A DNA stretch of 64,000 nucleotides, taken from the NCBI GenBank assembly GCA_051362555.1, contig CM120642.1, forward strand, positions 2,294,001-2,358,000, in the 5' to 3' direction. Made by a program: the position numbers and the translations under genes. Shown here piece by piece: positions 63,027-64,000 of the stretch (its first letter is position 1; every line of letters starts with the position of its first letter). Under the pieces are notes generated by a model. It worked only from the letters and a program-made list of their open reading frames with translations. It had not been told where the DNA came from and did not search any database. This stretch comes from Lingula anatina. Lineage: Eukaryota > Animalia > Brachiopoda.

Positions 63027-64000
63027 AAGGTCAATTTCAAGGTCAAATTTAGATTGCCAGTATATGACTTCCTATTCAAGTTCAATAGTAACTATGGACA
63101 TATCTCTGCTAGTTTGGAGATAAAAGGGAACCAAAATTTGCAAAGTTAAGTTCATGGTAAAAAGTAGGTCAAAGGTCAATTTTAAGGTCACATTTAGATT
63201 GCCAGTATATGACTTCCTATTCAAGTTCAATAGTAACTGTGGACCCATCTCTGTCAGTTTTGGAGATAAAAGGGAACACAATTTGCAAAGTTTAATTCAT
63301 GATGAAAAGTAGGTTTAAGGTCAATTTCAAGGTCACATTTATATGGCCAGTATATGACTTTCTATTCAAGCTCAATAGTAACTATGGGCATATCTTTCCC
63401 AGTTTTGGAGGTAAAAGGGAACCAAAATTTGCAAAGTTCAATTCATGATGAAAAGTAGGTCAAAGGTCAATTTCAAGGTCGCATTAAGATTACCAGTATA
63501 TGACTTCCTATTCAAGTTAAATAGTAACTATGGACTTATCTCTGCTAGTTTTGGAGATAAAAGGGAACAAAATTTGCCAAGTTCAGTTCATGGTTAAAAG
63601 TAGGTCAAAGGTATATTTTAAGGTCACAGTAAATTGCCTCGTATGACTTTTTATTCAAATTCAATAGTAACTATGGACGTATCTCTGCCAGTTTTGAAAA
63701 AAAAAAGCATTAAAAAGTTTAAAAGTTCAGTTTAAGGTGTACAGTAGGTCAAAGGTCAATTTCAAGGTCACATTTAGATTGCCAGTGTATGACTTCCTAT
63801 TCAAGTTAAATAGTACCTATGGACATATCTCTGCTAGTTTTGGAGATAAAGGGGAACAAAATTTGCAAAGTTCAGTTTATGGTGTAAAGTAGGTCAAAGG
63901 TCAATTTCAAGGTCACATTTAGATTGCCAGTATATGACTTCCTATTCAAGGTCAATAGTAACCATAGACCTATCTCTGCCAGTTTTGGAGATAAAAGGGA
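63027..64000. repeat. ~145-bp tandem satellite (about 7 copies, runs off the window end), probably the core of another HINE-like element starting at ~62847
   Basis: AAGGTCAATTTCAAGGTCA recurs at 63027, 63172, 63317 and 63463; upstream hairpin GAGGCG-ATAC-CGCCTC. Confidence 0.9.

Noticed and set aside
63027-64000. CRISPR array or coding repeat (ORF 63072-63281)
   Set aside because: Whole ~145-bp units are repeated; the ORF is incidental to the satellite

Overview
AT-rich, intron-containing invertebrate (animal) genomic DNA; the taxon cannot be fixed from sequence alone. There are two innate-immunity loci, both on the minus strand. The first is a complete 8-exon TRAF2-like gene (26403->2020, 1629-nt CDS, 542 aa: RING, zinc fingers, coiled coil, MATH). 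The second is a decayed, internally duplicated guanylate-binding-protein (GBP) locus (~55040->50470) whose first coding intron has U12-type (minor spliceosome) signals. Most of the rest is nested transposons: an intact Gypsy LTR element inside a LINE, a second LINE inside a hAT-like element, a Penelope-like element with hammerhead ribozymes, a self-nesting Helentron/HINE-like family, many MITEs and two satellites. The most notable observation is the Penelope insertion. It duplicated the TRAF2 exon-3 splice acceptor (32-bp target duplication) and left a decoy acceptor, a sense-strand hammerhead and a ~130-bp inverted repeat in the pre-mRNA. I found no CRISPR or prokaryotic system. All coordinates were read by eye.
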